Positions 41,901 through 51,722 of a stretch of DNA of 64,000 nucleotides are shown here, one piece after another (positions within the stretch are counted from its first letter, which is position 1; every line of letters begins with the position of its first letter). A program made the position numbers and the translations under genes. The notes below the pieces were generated by a model. That model was not told where the DNA came from. It saw only the letters and a program-made list of their open reading frames with translations, and ran no database searches. Origin of the DNA: a virus (Duplodnaviria; Heunggongvirae; Uroviricota; Caudoviricetes); the IMG/VR virus record IMGVR_UViG_3300049846_001486, positions 1 to 64,000 of that record; one strand, given 5' to 3'.

Positions 41901-43276
41901 CAACGGCAACGGTCACCCCTACGGTAACCCCAACTAACACAGTTACCCCGACTTATACGGTCACCCCAACGAATACTGTTACTCCAACAGTTACTCCTAC
42001 ACCTTCTGTAACCCCAACAGAAACACCAACGAATACACCAACTCCGACGAATACTGTTACCCCAACAAATACTCCAACGGCTTCGTTGACTCCAACTAAT
42101 ACTCCAACCAACACGGTTACCCCAACTAATACTGTAACCCCAACGAATACCGCAACCGCATCTGTTACCCCAACGAATACCCCAACCAATACCTTTACTC
42201 CAACAAATACGGTAACACCAACTTATACAGTAACACCTACCTTTACGCCTACTGCTTCTGAAACACCAACGAATACACCAACGAATACTGTTACTCCGAC
42301 GAATACATTAACTCCTACTGTAACACCAACCCCTTCGGTTACTCCAACAGAAAGTCCTACTAATACTGTTACCCCAACTAATACGGTAACACCGACTTAT
42401 ACAGTTACTCCAACGAATACTCCTACTTCAACAGTAACTCCAACTAACACCGTTACCCCGACGAATACTGAGACCCCAACGGTAACTCCGACCGTTACAC
42501 CAACGAATACGCCAACAGTAACACCTACAAGCACGATAACTCCAACGAATACTCCAACAACAACGCCAACAAATACATTAACTCCGACGAATACAGCAAC
42601 CCCAACGATAACTCCGACGAGGACACCAACTACTACTAGAACTCCAACTAGAACTCCAACTATAACTCCAACAAATACAGCGACCCCAACGGTTACACCA
42701 ACCTTTACACCAACAAACACCGTTACGCCAACAATCACACCAACAGTCACACCAACAAGTACGGTTACACCAACCTTTACACCAACAAACACCGTTACGC
42801 CAACAATCACACCAACAGTCACACCAACAAGTACGGTTACACCAACAGTCACACCAACAGTCACACCAACGAATACGGCAACTCCAACCGTAACCCCAAC
42901 CGTTACTCCAACGAATACGGTAACTCCAACCCGTACAGTAACTCCGTCTCCAGCACCTCTAACTGTGTCTGTTGCCGATGCCGGAAATGATGCTTATACT
43001 TCATGTTCGACAGCCGTATGTGGCGGTTCATGTACTTCGAGCGACACAATAACTGCAACTCCTTCTGGGGGAACAGCGCCATATTCTTATTCTTGGACTA
43101 AAACTGCTGGTGTTGGTGCTATAACTTCTGGTTCAACATCAGCTACTTGTACGGTGTCTAGAACTGCCGGTGCTTCTATATTAACTGGTACATTTAAATG
43201 TACGGTTACGGATAATGTTGGCGGTTCGGCAAATGCAAGCATAGTAATGACCTTTGAACACGCTGACGGATGTTAA
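29903..43276 (+). CDS. giant baseplate-associated structural/adhesin protein (4457 aa): large N-terminal body (gp7 position), beta-propeller-like repeats, a roughly 950-aa Thr/Pro hexapeptide-repeat mucin-like domain, and a C-terminal Cys-containing Ig/SprB-repeat-like domain
   Basis: A single uninterrupted frame of 13.4 kb with a GTG start and GGAAG RBS, sitting where gp7 sits in T4 (after gp6). Residues about 3400-4350 are TPTNTV-type repeats. The final roughly 105 aa contain four Cys and a [10 protein letters not shown]-type motif. Confidence 0.7.
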   Translation: MSKSDYTKKSFNFNDYLPGNLRTAIANSLNDNLYNRFYSKDEYQHVIGVIGTPNPTDASQRQIIEATEYRQNNQLQPVITAQIGATKYHMTFEDMLNKLETLGVDISQYPQWGNSLHFNWVPPIDLDKLINYQNYFWVTDDTQDKPQYITIKNHCNWVLARLRQIKKSVAGIYENFTIDSMDLGTNEIIILGNKLSKFSVGEFLVLWNTEKTYEVFEITGTSYNSATEETRIQFNTALPADVTFTSAAKTQQDIKTTDAFNNYFVLDGDATALFKQGYVFITQGSDLLPSTYWKVDKSEYIAQGETTRIYPTLDIPANADWTIINSLPLIVMAEAEYKVACEDSSLDYIQNWADFRVGDIIWHKYYTVIGQQTTGQTTLGSNVFTDPTTNFTDMGVVAGNILRITSGHKVGDFPIVDVLDYDLTLSDADVFFTQTGVTYEIVKELAIDDFRSEEEPTSPAVYDYWFDTINDNLNQWNGLSWVTRQGNFSLILDLTNDRHTLDILQTDDWSTQNKWIHRNDVGAVSGKTRAQLPIIEFNPFLEMATTSYVKKAWRYRKTASAGYASVDEQPTLMELILVDDFSFLDASTIIFHEKYGNLTSDIVAGVKLKIVNSSLGENNGEYEVASSEYVQLFPTERYVSKVTLTTTVPNPLNSTGNIIPSKTAVGDLFLGIDQQQWMFDGIEEIVPSSKKPTANPMLSIFVSSDTDGTLDTLLGMVWQEFKYNTTTEEVGPTFTLDDSLHDLCLFEDYQEGDLRVYINGVRQYGNFTEARSGLNQEYVGSITFNDTVTITDSDVVRIELGEAYSLDIGRRSVQINTPTTFDEKFNLVNYKKTEQIKLDTNEYPYFCIFDIFGTALDFASKIFSFKENSENEINPHVSRRLDYNETTRDYTFVQGLLGESQELYQYKDYQKIANELQSVWKAGENLEQFVPYKENDAWVIPQQLYYNVKHENREEVKLTEIFTHFRNIIENQTAPSIYSLTGNLYYIDDNVNYGIGGTIKEYNDNFSTLVSSLFVNNVNPISVIQFAHNQYLSNLEYIKNTLRTNISSLLLNTEAEDLTELTNYIIVSVKEQFEGNDRLDLWFGDSTTYNELTKTGIKNWIATLPYFGLVPKVAPYYIKDSVLGISEMVHHDGHRTQLAYDIAIKELIIKNIIDNSNNEQQIVTSDSEPLPVLINGNTAKDNDYVIRTNTTTKTRKVYRYSVANSWELVDFDDILLKTILFIEQKLYENCPTRVFLNFNMDSVRLNTAYQDLVKQQFSTYLKNNQIKTPYDNKEYKTNDPFTWNYGYTTISTHPMTGLPSSDVKATWQALYEKVYGTPYPHLEPWVLQGYRIKPDWWDSYYLNTNPLVDRLWKSTMWNNIFNGIVPLNKDTPTGAAGTGAAGQLTEVFDFVSVNVDDTPTLDGIKPDGLLPPYWNTNNTTDPRVRSLYDASIQEYITNPQTGYEFTQRGPSEWKWEVSAQRLYDDAIIAFKLQPMRFMNQLFGNSFQNVAALQVETTNQRVFTPELTIFHGDLIGDTNVVYKTNGLNQWYVHYNRYNGFDGLSSEFRTLWKNWDVKLGYAVGGFIDTSSLSIFNNTFDLSTKDYTVDIKKTHGISNKWLDSLTLTSLSVPSKTAKYRDSGLGWTVEIDTNSIYGKPVEYYQPQKYQFKVLDDNETFRSFAYDISGADISQVQGYQLVNYNQSSYNQLETDLDNTFFLYYADVLVDNTTTINLAIYGANAQTFAEAITEINAQLGDYAIAYIQEGNIIIKSKTIGITSAIEITDAGLFASLDTEKFSGLDAPQQTQLKFNGRFYVDGNIMSVMEAGNEITVSDSTNLNGTYTIRDVYFDIVTGKTIISISEDIVISDSTIDGEIYLVGETTLNSFPDEWVDGTQVTLTTTQVAPSGMTEDAVYYFKKLTNTDFALYTDSSLTNQVTVNSSGSGQHSIGVVVGTFKALNGSATQTSWKKYKFDKRQTNKIYPPIYVSTIQSIIDLILGYGEYATDIGFLLKTEGRNNIDEQTGRYNSWQLETEKVINWLYNLRKTNQQYMPSYEATVNVATSSFVMTDAVTTTWKSGTKVKLLTDGGTLPEPFDNPLKGYVPYYIIKTADPKIVQLAATKEDAKNGVAITVLTPGEGNVILQLLSDTQPVYDYEINPFKNYIWVTNEYGVLADVFSGVSKLDTPTYQIIYDNNGNELNNNNLIILRHDKESRLSLTLNQQERNKQISSGTQKGTVSYMSGMHLFYDGYEHIVLFNDYSISDTLIYDSFLGLNTPRFFVEFNRQKNFTLRPNVGGYVISDDELVQNIESSVDDMRNYYDTERTIEGKQTTQLVRKTLGYDGPKQYMDDLNISDKSQFKFWKGMIQKKGTNFAISAFTNQDVYDDANIDEFWAYKLAEFGTSKAKDYFEMKVSPNDSTRKELRLEFVATDSSPTDPSCQAVELTDLSRWENQPDALAAMNPYKSFFFNYKVVELIDNAESEITTVNGRYVLELSEVNDGVIITYYDTGDDLRKTLVKGIDFELLSHKVVHFTTPYNPSTLQAIKVYGVSYDYEGHTPVKLIDKKTKSTVLNLPVWNPLKQEYYANAYAVVDIRAAQDPADYTNYPTSATPVTNNSYWTEKQVGKVWFDSSIEGYMPYNDTSIYPKLNDRMLLWGKLAEWADINLYTWVESEVPPSEWDAAAASQDGDYTVDSKFKKSGTVKKRLYENTGSPSVPVWQEIQDQHEEFVAGLVTLSNTTAFTGNVEYYINGEYTQTAAITGASFVTYAAGLDPQTIIHLVKKAVVPTQQQIDDLEYKYDTPYTSLTKINKESGLPYQVYYFWVNGYDFDKATTEKKINVLHAEKLFKNMSDPYCVIQNLTSSDIGYGLVFGNNFDDEGDSSLPWRYTQCIIKGLEGKIKDKDRYVLKFLRDFSLRTNLASTDLTYKNKHTEWKLFREKQTSKIDEALWNKIVEGMAEYAVVNRVVDTTTPAPDYNRKLFDDLYDSDTSFGIQDGMVLVDKQTGLNTINKLLNSTEKQYSQNITDFLEQYDFESPENIVEAMYQIYDTFSIDDVNYIFFNMLMDYFSLKKESKDIFKTSWVALQVSQNIKPYTDSQTDTIKLEAGGKAFFGELSSAEAIDVLPITDYLLYLLSDGTIVYSLHDGFTETIVLAQNPPRIAGSGARTDVWTDGTYIYTTSINGGLDVYYYNGTNFILIGGNTTPGNHYGVVGFNPILVVSDTGEGLIAYEFDGIELVKIATCGDVTTNVKAVCIHNGYIATCGYDRVDIWQYTGYSLHHVTFLQGLTGGADVISIASDGEYLYTGSNNTTKVQVFSFDGSIIQQVYTDPTINSSPAIAAGGGNVFYGGIGLKVYRFNGSSLVLQDSIDGVVIDGSLMYSHDSKRLYSSDLGVFNFTTGRLEQITDVPVPVSQLNSGDVSLAGAINLPKPSPTPTRTVTPTITVSPTVTPTNTPTNTVTPTNTRTASTTPTPTNTTTPTTTPTPTVTQTASVTPTPSITPTSTPTATVTPTNTPTNTQTATPTNTVTPTNTPTATSTVTPTNTVTPTYTVTPTNTPTASVTPTITPTNTVTPTNTVTPTNTVTPTVTSTATVTPTTAASPTVTPTNTPTASVTPTVTPTNTPTASVTPTSTVTPTNTVTPSNTVTPTNTPTVTPTSTVTPTNTVTPTNTVTPTNTPTNTVTPTNTVTPTNTPTNTVTPTNTVTPTNTVTPTNTITPTNTPTNTVTPTNTVTPTNTPTSSVTPTVTPTSTVTPTNTVTPTNTVTPTNTPTSSLTPTVTPTNTVTPTNTATPTYTPTSTVTPTNTVTPTNTPTASVTPTNTVTPTNTVTPTNTVTPTNTATASVTPTNTPTNTVTPTNTGTPGATPTVTPTNTPTVTPTNTITPTYTITPTNTPTPTNTPTNTVTPTNTVTPTNTPTASVTPTNTPTNTVTPTNTVTPTNTPTASVTPTNTPTNTVTPTNTATPTNTATSTVTPTASVTPSVTPTNTVTPTNTVTPTNTATPTITPTVTPTNTVTPTYTVTPTNTVTSSITPTATVTPTVTPTNTVTPTYTVTPTNTVTPTVTPTPSVTPTETPTNTPTPTNTVTPTNTPTASLTPTNTPTNTVTPTNTVTPTNTATASVTPTNTPTNTFTPTNTVTPTYTVTPTFTPTASETPTNTPTNTVTPTNTLTPTVTPTPSVTPTESPTNTVTPTNTVTPTYTVTPTNTPTSTVTPTNTVTPTNTETPTVTPTVTPTNTPTVTPTSTITPTNTPTTTPTNTLTPTNTATPTITPTRTPTTTRTPTRTPTITPTNTATPTVTPTFTPTNTVTPTITPTVTPTSTVTPTFTPTNTVTPTITPTVTPTSTVTPTVTPTVTPTNTATPTVTPTVTPTNTVTPTRTVTPSPAPLTVSVADAGNDAYTSCSTAVCGGSCTSSDTITATPSGGTAPYSYSWTKTAGVGAITSGSTSATCTVSRTAGASILTGTFKCTVTDNVGGSANASIVMTFEHADGC
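40100..42950 (+). repeat. coding tandem repeat of about 2.85 kb with an 18-nt period encoding (T-P-T-N-T-V)n and variants
   Basis: Roughly 150 imperfect copies of ACnCCAACGAATACnGTn. The reverse strand therefore yields artefactual VGVTV ORFs in the six-frame track. Confidence 0.9.
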
Positions 43277-43298
43277 TAAATAATAAAAGAGATTCAAA

Positions 43299-44081
43299 AT
43301 GGCCGAGTTCAGTAACAAAAATTTAAAGAATTATTTCTACATGGAACAATTCAGAAAAGCCATAGTACAGACTATGGCTGTATTTTCTGGATTAAAGGTT
43401 GCTATTGGAAAAAACGATAACGATACTGGCGATATAAACTATATTAATGTTCCAATTAAATACGGTTCAGCCGATAGAGTTGTAGCAGCAATTAAAGCGG
43501 AGAATACCCAAAATGCCGCCATTCGAGTCCCAATGTTGGCATTAAAGGTGACTAATATAGATTTGGCCGAAGGCGAAAGAAAGGGCACCAATCAAAAAAT
43601 AAAGACAAAATACCTTCCGTTTGGTGGAAAGATGCCTGATGATTTAGTAATAGCAGAAATGCTAGTACCATACCCATATAGAATGGTTTGCGAACTTGCT
43701 ATATTGGCCTCTAATACTCACCAACATTTTCAAATGTTGGAACAAATATTAATGTTATTTGACCCGACCCTACAAATACAAACTTCAGACGACCCATTAG
43801 ACCATACGAAAATTAAGAATTTGAAATTGGAATCTATAGGATTTGATGAAAATTATCCATCCGGCACGGAAAGAAGATTAATAGTTACCAATATAACAAT
43901 AGAGGTTATAATTTATCTGACAGCCCCGGTTCAATTTAGAAAAGATTACATCAAATCCGTAGTTTTAAGAATGAATTCTATTAGTGATTCAGGGACAGCT
44001 TATGAAGCGGTTTCGGCTCTCAATAACGAAACTGGCGAAAAAATAATAGATATTGAAGATTTGGATATACCCGAATCTTAA
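43299..44081 (+). CDS. tail completion / sheath stabiliser candidate (gp15-like position)
   Basis: 260-aa ORF immediately upstream of the tail sheath gene, with an ATAAATAA motif upstream. Assigned by position. Confidence 0.3.
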   Translation: MAEFSNKNLKNYFYMEQFRKAIVQTMAVFSGLKVAIGKNDNDTGDINYINVPIKYGSADRVVAAIKAENTQNAAIRVPMLALKVTNIDLAEGERKGTNQKIKTKYLPFGGKMPDDLVIAEMLVPYPYRMVCELAILASNTHQHFQMLEQILMLFDPTLQIQTSDDPLDHTKIKNLKLESIGFDENYPSGTERRLIVTNITIEVIIYLTAPVQFRKDYIKSVVLRMNSISDSGTAYEAVSALNNETGEKIIDIEDLDIPES

Positions 44082-44146
44082 AAATCTACAGTAAATAGTA
44101 CAAAGATAATAAATATTTGAGAATAACCTTTTAAGGAGTTTAGGCA

Positions 44147-46282
44147 ATGACCACATTAGTTAGCGCAGGAGTAGATGTTCCACTTATAGACCAGAGTTTT
44201 TATATTCCGGCTGGAGCAGGGACAGTACCATTAATTATAATCGCCACGGCTGCTGAAAAAACGCAAGCTGACGGCACCACGGCAGCATTAGGAACCTATG
44301 AATCTGGCGTAGTCAGAACCGTAACCTCTGGCAAACAGGCAGCAGAATTGTATGGTGTTCCAAAGTTCTATACAGATGCTTCCGGCAATCCTTTACACGG
44401 TGATGTTAGAAACGAATACGGTCTAGATGCTTTAGCTAAATTCCTTGAACTTTCAAATAGAGCATATGTACTAAGAGCAAACATCAACCTTAATGATGAC
44501 TTGGAAGACATTAAAGCTTTGTGGACCTCTAAGATTTCCGAAGCAGCAGACTATTTGAACACCTTAGTAACAGCTTATATCACAGAATATAACGACACTA
44601 ACGGTTTAGTCCCAACAGACACCGGCTATAAAGAATCAGTAACCACCGCAGAATTGAAGACCTTAGTTGATGAAGCTATGGTTGATGTTTTTGCTTTCTA
44701 TTCTTTCAACAGCACAGCATTCTCTGAAGCTTTCATTCAGGACCACACAGTTGCTTATCCGGGCTATCAGGATGTATTGTTTGAAACCACAGCAGGTTAC
44801 ATTATCGGCACCGACGCTACAGGTTTGCAGAATGATACAACTGCCTATGGATTTGAAGCTGATGTAGTAAGCACGGGCGGTACAGACTCTATTCAGATTT
44901 CTGTTCAGGGTCAGAATGCTCAAACATTCACAGCATTGATTACAGCATTGAATACCGCAGTACAGGCTGCTACCTCTTCGTCCACAACGGTCGAGTTGGT
45001 ACAGGGAAAAATCAGAATCACTTCTGACTTGACTGGTGCTACATCTTCTGTAGAAATCACAAGCGACGGTTACGGTGGAACCACAGCATTGTTCTCAAGC
45101 TTGAACTTGTTCGATTCTATTGATACCCCAGTAGCAGGTAAGGGCGTACAAACATTGTCCGTCTATAACGATGACTACACAACGGTTGTTGATTCTTACG
45201 AAGGTATGGATTCTTTGATTGACGCATGGACCTCCGGTTCTATCATTTCTACAGAGTTCACTCCTTCTGAAGCTGAAGGTCTATTATTGACAGCAGCCGC
45301 AGAATTCGACAATACAAAGGAATTCAAAAACGAAACTTCATTAGGCGCAAATGACGCTGCTAAGAGAGCAGAAGTTGTCAAACAGTTGACAGCAATCATC
45401 AAAGACCCTAATGTGGCTATCCGCACAGAAGCTATTGAGTATTCATTAGTCGTATGTCCGGGTTTCCCTGAAGTAACAAATGAGTTGAATGACCTTTCCA
45501 CAGACTTGAAGGAAGAAGTATTCGTAATCGGTGAAACACCATTCGATAAGGCTCCGACTGGTCCTAACGGTTTGGTTGAATGGGCACAAAGTCCATCCTT
45601 GGTAAATTCGGCAAATGTCGCTTACTACTATCCTCACGGTTTGTCTTCAAACATTGACGGTGCTACAATCTTAACGACAGCAGCTTCCACAATGTTGAGA
45701 GTATACGCTTACTCTGACGACAAGGGCGAGCAATGGTATGCCCCAGCCGGTCCTACCCGTGGCGTAATCACAAACTTGGATGCAATCGGTTATGTTTCCG
45801 GTACATTGGGTACAGCAACCGAATTCGTAGAGAACATGATTGACGAAGGTACAAGAGACGAGTTAACCAGCAATAAGATTAACCCAATCTCTTTCATCAA
45901 CGGTAGAGGCATTATCGTAATGGGTCAGAAGACCACTTACGGCTTATCCTCTGCATTAGATAGAGTCAATGTATCTCGTTTGACCAAGTACATTAAGAGA
46001 AGCTTGCGTAAGAACTTGTTCGCATACTTGTTCGAACCAAACGACGAAATTACCAGAAAGAATGCAAAGGCAACCGCCGACAGCTTCTTGGCTGATTTGA
46101 TGGGAAGAAGAGGGTTGTACGACTTCGCCACATTATGTGACGAATCTAACAACTACGGTGAGCGTATTGACAGAAACGAACTTTGGATTGATGTTGCAAT
46201 CAAACCAGTAAAAGCTGTCGAGTTCATCTATGTCCCAGTAACAATCGCAAGAACCGATGCAAACTTGGGTACAGGCAGATAA
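44147..46282 (+). CDS. 18: tail sheath protein (T4 gp18-like)
   Basis: 711 aa with a strong RBS (AAGGAG). It is followed by a strong intrinsic terminator and precedes the tube gene. Confidence 0.65.
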   Translation: MTTLVSAGVDVPLIDQSFYIPAGAGTVPLIIIATAAEKTQADGTTAALGTYESGVVRTVTSGKQAAELYGVPKFYTDASGNPLHGDVRNEYGLDALAKFLELSNRAYVLRANINLNDDLEDIKALWTSKISEAADYLNTLVTAYITEYNDTNGLVPTDTGYKESVTTAELKTLVDEAMVDVFAFYSFNSTAFSEAFIQDHTVAYPGYQDVLFETTAGYIIGTDATGLQNDTTAYGFEADVVSTGGTDSIQISVQGQNAQTFTALITALNTAVQAATSSSTTVELVQGKIRITSDLTGATSSVEITSDGYGGTTALFSSLNLFDSIDTPVAGKGVQTLSVYNDDYTTVVDSYEGMDSLIDAWTSGSIISTEFTPSEAEGLLLTAAAEFDNTKEFKNETSLGANDAAKRAEVVKQLTAIIKDPNVAIRTEAIEYSLVVCPGFPEVTNELNDLSTDLKEEVFVIGETPFDKAPTGPNGLVEWAQSPSLVNSANVAYYYPHGLSSNIDGATILTTAASTMLRVYAYSDDKGEQWYAPAGPTRGVITNLDAIGYVSGTLGTATEFVENMIDEGTRDELTSNKINPISFINGRGIIVMGQKTTYGLSSALDRVNVSRLTKYIKRSLRKNLFAYLFEPNDEITRKNAKATADSFLADLMGRRGLYDFATLCDESNNYGERIDRNELWIDVAIKPVKAVEFIYVPVTIARTDANLGTGR

Positions 46283-46304
46283 TCTAACTTAAGTTAGAAG
46301 CAAT

Positions 46305-46334
46305 AAAAAAGGCCAGAGTAATCTGGCCTTTTTG
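46305..46334. terminator. bidirectional rho-independent terminator
   Basis: AAAAAGGCCAGA-GTAA-TCTGGCCTTTTT, a 7-bp GC-rich stem flanked by A and T tracts, between convergent genes. Confidence 0.65.
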
Positions 46335-46351
46335 CTTATGGGATATAGACT

Positions 46352-47101
46352 TTATAGAGTCTTGATTTTTGCGTCGAAGAAGTGTTCGACTCTGGATTCA
46401 AACTTCTTTCTGAACTCACCTTCCATGTGCTTGTAATAACCGTCCAATTCTTGCGACTTGGCTAATACATTATTGAGCAATTCTTTGTGGCTCTTACCAA
46501 ATACGGTGTCCTTAAGATTTTCAAGGGCCATATCCAATACATGCTTTCTTCCTTCATCATTGGTGGATTCTTTTTGTTTTTCCAATTCAGCTTTTTGGTT
46601 TTGATAATTCTGCAAAGCTCTTGAAGCCATTGTAGCGAAAATACCATAAGCCTTTTCAAACGAATCCTTATTATTTACATGCTGTTTCTTCTCAACATCG
46701 GTTTTGTTGGAGAATTCCGTTTCACCATCTTTAGCCATATGTCTGATTAAATATTTGGAAAATGCCTTTCTGAAACCTGCCAAAACTTCCTTATTTTCCG
46801 AGAACATAGAATCAATTTCTGTTCTTTCTGGGAAGGTAGGAACATCAACAACTATTGCTAAATTATTAGCAGCATCGGCACCTAAACGAACATCAAATTT
46901 ATCGCCCTTACGGACTACTAAGTTCAAATCAGAATAGTTGCTATTCTTGATTAAACTTCCGATATTTAAGGAGGCTTTGCCCTTGGCTTGGTCATAATCA
47001 ACATGGCCATAATCCAAATTTCCCAAAATATGATGGAACACGATATCAGCCTCATTTCTGTGGGAATTAGCCTTTTCTAGTAAATACTGCTTGAAGTTCA
47101 T
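46352..47101 (-). CDS. hypothetical protein (249 aa) encoded antisense between the sheath and tube genes
   Basis: RBS GAGGC and no recognised motifs. Confidence 0.4.
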   Translation of the reverse strand: MNFKQYLLEKANSHRNEADIVFHHILGNLDYGHVDYDQAKGKASLNIGSLIKNSNYSDLNLVVRKGDKFDVRLGADAANNLAIVVDVPTFPERTEIDSMFSENKEVLAGFRKAFSKYLIRHMAKDGETEFSNKTDVEKKQHVNNKDSFEKAYGIFATMASRALQNYQNQKAELEKQKESTNDEGRKHVLDMALENLKDTVFGKSHKELLNNVLAKSQELDGYYKHMEGEFRKKFESRVEHFFDAKIKTL

Positions 47102-47177
47102 ATATATTATGCCTCTTATTGTAGCTATAGTATTTATTAGGGTGTGGGTAAATTTTAGTAATTTTTAGTCCACTTTA

Positions 47178-47186
47178 CATAAATAC
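47178..47186 (+). promoter_or_regulatory. late-promoter-like motif CATAAATAC upstream of the tail tube gene
   Basis: About 38 nt upstream of the ATG at 47224, followed by RBS GAAGGAG. Confidence 0.35.
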
Positions 47187-47223
47187 ATTTAACTTAAATC
47201 ACTATTTTGAAGGAGATAAGCTA

Positions 47224-47811
47224 ATGGCAATAATTACAGATTTGGGCGTTGATGCTGGTGGTATTTTACAGCCCAAGCTAAAGAATCGTTGGAGAGTAAC
47301 CTTTTTGGGTCTTGTGGAAGACGCAGAACCATTAAGAGTTCAGGCTATTACAGCCGACCGTCCAAAGATTAACTTCGAGCAAATTCAGCTAGACCGTTAT
47401 AACTCAAGAGCATACATTGCAGGTAAGTATACATTCGAACCTGTAAACATTACATTTGAAGACGACATTGGTGGTGGTGTAACCGCTGCTATTCAGTCGC
47501 AGATTGAGCGTCAGCAGAAGTTAATAGGTCTAGCACCGGCTCCAAGATTGCCAGCCGCTGTTTCCGGTTCTAGATATAAGTTTACTCTTTCTATGGAAAT
47601 GTTAGATGGTGATGATAATGTTTTCGAAGAGTGGATTCTTCAGGGTGCTTACTTTGAAGGCATTGACTATACCGACTTGGATTACAATGCTTCCGAAACA
47701 GTAAAGATTACCGTTACTGTCAGATACGACCACGCTTCTCAGCGCATCTCCGGATTGAATGAGAAGGCAACTGGCGGCGCTTTGGCAGCTATCGGTGCAG
47801 CTTTAACCTAA
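47224..47811 (+). CDS. 19: tail tube protein (T4 gp19-like)
   Basis: 195 aa. The N-terminal KNRWRVTFLG is a tube/Hcp-like segment. Strong RBS, with its own terminator downstream. Confidence 0.6.
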   Translation: MAIITDLGVDAGGILQPKLKNRWRVTFLGLVEDAEPLRVQAITADRPKINFEQIQLDRYNSRAYIAGKYTFEPVNITFEDDIGGGVTAAIQSQIERQQKLIGLAPAPRLPAAVSGSRYKFTLSMEMLDGDDNVFEEWILQGAYFEGIDYTDLDYNASETVKITVTVRYDHASQRISGLNEKATGGALAAIGAALT

Positions 47812-47835
47812 GAATAATCAAGAAAATTATAGAAC

Positions 47836-47866
47836 AATGGCCCATCTTTTGGGCCATTTTCTTTTC
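47836..47866 (+). terminator. rho-independent terminator after the tail tube gene
   Basis: ATGGCCC-ATCTTTT-GGGCCAT followed by TTTTCTTTTC. Confidence 0.6.
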
Positions 47867-47896
47867 TGATAAATACTTTAAATAATAGGATTACCA

Positions 47897-49042
47897 ATGG
47901 CAAATTTTCAAATATTACCCCGTCCAAATGTACAGGAAGTCATTGACGAATTTATTGGTAAGAAATTCGGAAAGCTTAAAGAACGCAAATTTGACTCGGC
48001 TTGGCAATTAACAAAAACTCCAGATGGTAAAGAGGATTATAGAGTTAGTGATGACTTCGGCGGATTAGAAGCCCCGAAACTTAAATTCTTATTCACTATA
48101 GAATTTGAATTGAACGAACAATATAAAATTGATGCTATAAAAAACTACATAAATGAATCTAATGCTGATAGTTTGAAAGATTGTATGTTTGCCCTTAAAT
48201 CAGCATCTAGACCTAACGCCACAATAGAATATCAGGATGTTAACTATTACAACTATAGAACTAAAGTTGCTACTAAAATGGACTTTGGTAAAATAACTAT
48301 TTCCTTTTACGATGATTCAAGTAATAAAGCTCAGAGATTGATGGCATTATATACCAATGCTGTAAGCCCAATTTCCAACGCATATCAAGCAATTGGAGCG
48401 GCTGTAGAAGCCTCTAATGCGGCTGGAGCAGCTTTAAATCCGATTTCCCAAAGTACCACTATACCTGCCGCTTCCAACGATATAGATACTTATCATCCAA
48501 ACTTAAGAGCAACAATAGGTCCATTACTTAATAGATTTGGAGTATTTAAGCGTATAAGAATTTCTCAATGGTTTTTAACAAATTCCTTGTCTTTGGGAAA
48601 CGATGTGGCTACAGCCAATGAACCTGCCCTTACAGAATTAACCACCAATTCTGAATCCGCGCCAACTATAGATTTAACGCAACCTCTTACGACAAATTCA
48701 GCAGCAATTACAACTTCTGATAAACCAACATCTACTCAAGTTTATGCTAGAATAAATTATGATTTCATAAACCCAAAAATAGAAAACTATGAATTTGATG
48801 AATTGGATATGGCCGCTTCAGAAGTTAGCATGATTAACGCCACTTTTAATTGTGATGTATTTACTATGAGTTATGACAAAGTTACTGATATACAATATGA
48901 CCCGACAAGCAAAAAGAAGAAAAAATCAACTTTTGAAAAAATAATCGAAGATGAATTGTTAGCTTTCAAGAATATACCACAACAAGTATTGGATGTTGGT
49001 TTAGAAAAGGGGATTAATAAGGTTTTGAAAGGATTCCCATAA
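47897..49042 (+). CDS. tail tube-associated protein candidate (gp48/gp54-like?)
   Basis: 381 aa, immediately after the tube gene. GATAAATAC motif upstream. No diagnostic motif. Confidence 0.3.
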   Translation: MANFQILPRPNVQEVIDEFIGKKFGKLKERKFDSAWQLTKTPDGKEDYRVSDDFGGLEAPKLKFLFTIEFELNEQYKIDAIKNYINESNADSLKDCMFALKSASRPNATIEYQDVNYYNYRTKVATKMDFGKITISFYDDSSNKAQRLMALYTNAVSPISNAYQAIGAAVEASNAAGAALNPISQSTTIPAASNDIDTYHPNLRATIGPLLNRFGVFKRIRISQWFLTNSLSLGNDVATANEPALTELTTNSESAPTIDLTQPLTTNSAAITTSDKPTSTQVYARINYDFINPKIENYEFDELDMAASEVSMINATFNCDVFTMSYDKVTDIQYDPTSKKKKKSTFEKIIEDELLAFKNIPQQVLDVGLEKGINKVLKGFP

Positions 49043-49512
49043 TGTCAAAGATAAGAAGAGATAAAAGATGGAAGCAAGGGTTATACACACCCCGATATCC
49101 TGAAAAATATCTTGGAAATGTTAATGAGATATTTTACAGGTCTTCGTGGGAATTGAATGCTTTTAAGATGCTTGACGGTAACCCCAATGTGATTGGGTGG
49201 GCTTCTGAAGAAATAGCCATACCTTACGCCAAGCCTATGGTTAAAGGTAACCATTTGTACTATATAAATTCCATTTATTATCCGGATTTATATGTGGAAT
49301 ATAATGATGCCGAAGGAAACTTTGTTAGAGAATTAATAGAAATTAAGCCACATAAACAGACTAAACCATCCAGAGCCAGAAATTATAGTAAGAAATTGAA
49401 TGAAAACTATACATTTCAAGTGAATAAACATAAATGGGAAGCTGCTGTAGCGTGGTGCGAAAAGAGAAACATTAAGTTTAGCGTGGCTACCGAAAAAAGC
49501 ATCTTTAAGTAG
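49042..49512 (+). CDS. PD-(D/E)XK-fold protein, possibly a gp4-like head completion protein
   Basis: YYPDLYVEY...ELIEIKP gives a D...E-x-K nuclease-fold signature. 156 aa. Ends in a TAG stop. Confidence 0.4.
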   Translation: MSKIRRDKRWKQGLYTPRYPEKYLGNVNEIFYRSSWELNAFKMLDGNPNVIGWASEEIAIPYAKPMVKGNHLYYINSIYYPDLYVEYNDAEGNFVRELIEIKPHKQTKPSRARNYSKKLNENYTFQVNKHKWEAAVAWCEKRNIKFSVATEKSIFK

Positions 49513-49555
49513 AAAAAGTGCTAAATATATTAGTAATTTATGCCGAGGAATAATT

Positions 49556-50926
49556 ATGAAAGATAAAGAGAAGTTAGACGAGACCGCCACAGGCGGGGCT
49601 ATAGGAGGCGGCGGAATCGCAGCTAACCCAACCCCACTATTCGGGGGAAATGCGTCTAAAACAAGTTTTAAGAGATTCTTGGTCACATTTAAGCAAGAGG
49701 TCAAGAACCGCTTCCAAATGAAGCCGGTAGTTGCTTTCCACACCATTACAGAATCGGTAAATTATAATGATGCTCTTTCTAAACTTAAGGGTTTAGAAAT
49801 GCGTAACTTTGATGTTAATGATTCCACTTCTTACGGCATAGAAGATGACGATGGTAACATCATGAAAGTCACGGTCAAGAAAGAACAGGCTGAAGAATTT
49901 GAAGAGTTCTTAGCTCAGACATTGGCTGATAAAGAAAAGTTCAACATGGACGGCTATTCCGGTAAAGATATCAGCATGGCTGAATTACTTTATATGTTGA
50001 AGAGCAAATTTGAATTGGTTGATGTTAAGTTCCCTAAGATTCCAGATAACGCAATTTACAACGCTGACAAAATTTCTTACAATGAGCCTAATGATTTGAG
50101 CGCCGGTAATGAAATGAACCCTGATATGGGCGGCGAAGATATGGGAGACATGGGCGAAGAAGGAATGCCTTTGGGTGAATTACCAGAAGAAGGCGAAGAA
50201 GGTATGGGCGGCGAAGGCGAAGAAATTGATATGAAAGATTTAGCCGATGCCGAAGCCGGTGAAGAAGGTCTTTCCGACGATGAATCCGTAGAAGATTTCG
50301 AAGAAATGGGAGAAGAAGATAATTCCCCAGAATCGTTATTGAAGTCTGTAATGTCAATGCTTAAGGCCGATGCCGAAGCTAAGAAAGCACAGGCTGAAGC
50401 TGAAGCTGAAAAGGCAAGAGCAAAACAAGCCGAGTATACCGCACTAGCAACAAAGCATACCATTTCTCAACAGGAGCAGTTGATGCGTTTGAAAGCAGAA
50501 ACCGAAGCTCAAAAGAAGAGAGAAAAGGAAGCAAAAGAAATCGCTGACTTGGCTAAAACTAAAGCCTATTCCAGTTATGGTTTAGGTGAAAGTTTCGAAA
50601 GTCCATTATCTCAAGTCATCCTAGAGTTGGATGAATATGAAACCGAAGGTACAATCAGAAAGCAGATAGCTTTATTGCGCCAGAAGTATGCTCCAAATCC
50701 TAATGACCCACCAGAAGTTAAGGACTACAAAAGAAAAATGATTGGTCAGAGTATGCGCGAATTACAAGCCAAGCTCCAACAGGCAAGAACCAGAATGCAA
50801 TATTACACGAAGGTCAAGAACAGAGAAAGAGAAATGGCTAAACAAAATCAGCAACAGAATCCTAACGACCAACAGAACGCAGAACAACCTATGGGACGCG
50901 ACCAGAGATTGCCTAACGCAAGGTAA
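49556..50926 (+). CDS. highly acidic coiled-coil protein (scaffold-like?)
   Basis: 456 aa. A central run of EEG/DMG acidic repeats is followed by a Lys/Glu/Ala coiled coil. Confidence 0.35.
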   Translation: MKDKEKLDETATGGAIGGGGIAANPTPLFGGNASKTSFKRFLVTFKQEVKNRFQMKPVVAFHTITESVNYNDALSKLKGLEMRNFDVNDSTSYGIEDDDGNIMKVTVKKEQAEEFEEFLAQTLADKEKFNMDGYSGKDISMAELLYMLKSKFELVDVKFPKIPDNAIYNADKISYNEPNDLSAGNEMNPDMGGEDMGDMGEEGMPLGELPEEGEEGMGGEGEEIDMKDLADAEAGEEGLSDDESVEDFEEMGEEDNSPESLLKSVMSMLKADAEAKKAQAEAEAEKARAKQAEYTALATKHTISQQEQLMRLKAETEAQKKREKEAKEIADLAKTKAYSSYGLGESFESPLSQVILELDEYETEGTIRKQIALLRQKYAPNPNDPPEVKDYKRKMIGQSMRELQAKLQQARTRMQYYTKVKNREREMAKQNQQQNPNDQQNAEQPMGRDQRLPNAR

Positions 50927-50931
50927 TTGAT

Positions 50932-51258
50932 ATGAAAATTTACGAGTTGCTATATGATTGTGAAGAGTGTATCATGGAAGATGAAACCATCGAGGAACGC
51001 TCTGTAGAAAGACAATTCAGAAGATATGGCAATAACCTAAAGCGCCAATACAGATGTTTGTCCGGTCCAAAGAAAGGATTGATGGTTACACAACCATTGA
51101 AGTGCGGAATAAGAAAAAATCCTAAGAGAGTCATCATAGGCAAGAAGGCCGCTAGAAGTAAAATGGGGCAAAGAATTCGCCACACTCAATTTACAAAGAG
51201 AAAAACGGCCCACAAGCAGTTGGTTAGATTGAACAAAGTATTAAGGAATGAAGAGTAA
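50932..51258 (+). CDS. small basic protein with a CxxC...C Zn-finger-like N-terminus
   Basis: 108 aa, Lys/Arg-rich, with YDCEEC...RCLSGPKKGLMVTQPLKCG. Confidence 0.35.
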   Translation: MKIYELLYDCEECIMEDETIEERSVERQFRRYGNNLKRQYRCLSGPKKGLMVTQPLKCGIRKNPKRVIIGKKAARSKMGQRIRHTQFTKRKTAHKQLVRLNKVLRNEE

Positions 51259-51710
51259 TGAAATTTAGCACTAAGACAGAATTGCTGGAATATGTAATGG
51301 GGTTGGCCGATGCTAACTCTAAGTCTTTGTCCGATTTGGATTTGGATATTAAAGTTCTAGGTTCAGAAGCTCCAAAAACTGCTATAACCGAATACAAAGA
51401 AATCGGTATCCTTTCTATGTCCAATGCTCCGAGAGTAAAAGCTAAAGTTACTAATGGTGAACAGAATGTCCTGTTCGTTGAATCTTTTGATGTTATCCCA
51501 AATTCTTGTGGCACCGGAAAGATAGTATTCGCTGATAGAACAATGTGGATGAATATGTGTGAAATGGAAGGTGAATGTCATATTTCTTTAAACCTTGACA
51601 TTGACGGCAAAAGTTTGTATAATAAACCGTTTTTAGTTAAAACAAAGACCTTGAATGAGTCTGTTGAAGAATCATACGATATGATTCTATCTGATTCGTT
51701 ATTAAACTAA
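51258..51710 (+). CDS. hypothetical protein
   Basis: 150-aa ORF, translationally coupled to the upstream gene. Confidence 0.35.
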   Translation: MKFSTKTELLEYVMGLADANSKSLSDLDLDIKVLGSEAPKTAITEYKEIGILSMSNAPRVKAKVTNGEQNVLFVESFDVIPNSCGTGKIVFADRTMWMNMCEMEGECHISLNLDIDGKSLYNKPFLVKTKTLNESVEESYDMILSDSLLN

Positions 51711-51722
51711 ACTCGGAGAGTT

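Noticed and set aside
40048-42864. Multiple minus-strand ORFs of 61-229 aa made of VGVTV/FVGV repeats
   Set aside because: They are mirror-frame artefacts of the (TPTNTV)n coding repeat on the plus strand. The plus-strand frame is continuous for 13.4 kb and clearly the real gene.
40100-42950. Possible CRISPR-like array, given the regular short repeats
   Set aside because: The period is 18 nt with no unique spacers and the array lies inside a protein-coding frame. It is a coding tandem repeat, not a CRISPR array.
42953-43276. Inference of a Bacteroidetes host from the SprB-like C-terminal domain
   Set aside because: Genes here use strong AGGAG-type Shine-Dalgarno sites and an E. coli-like extended -10 (TGTGGTATAAT), which argues against a Bacteroidetes host. 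PKD/SprB-like folds are also widespread, so the host is left unassigned.
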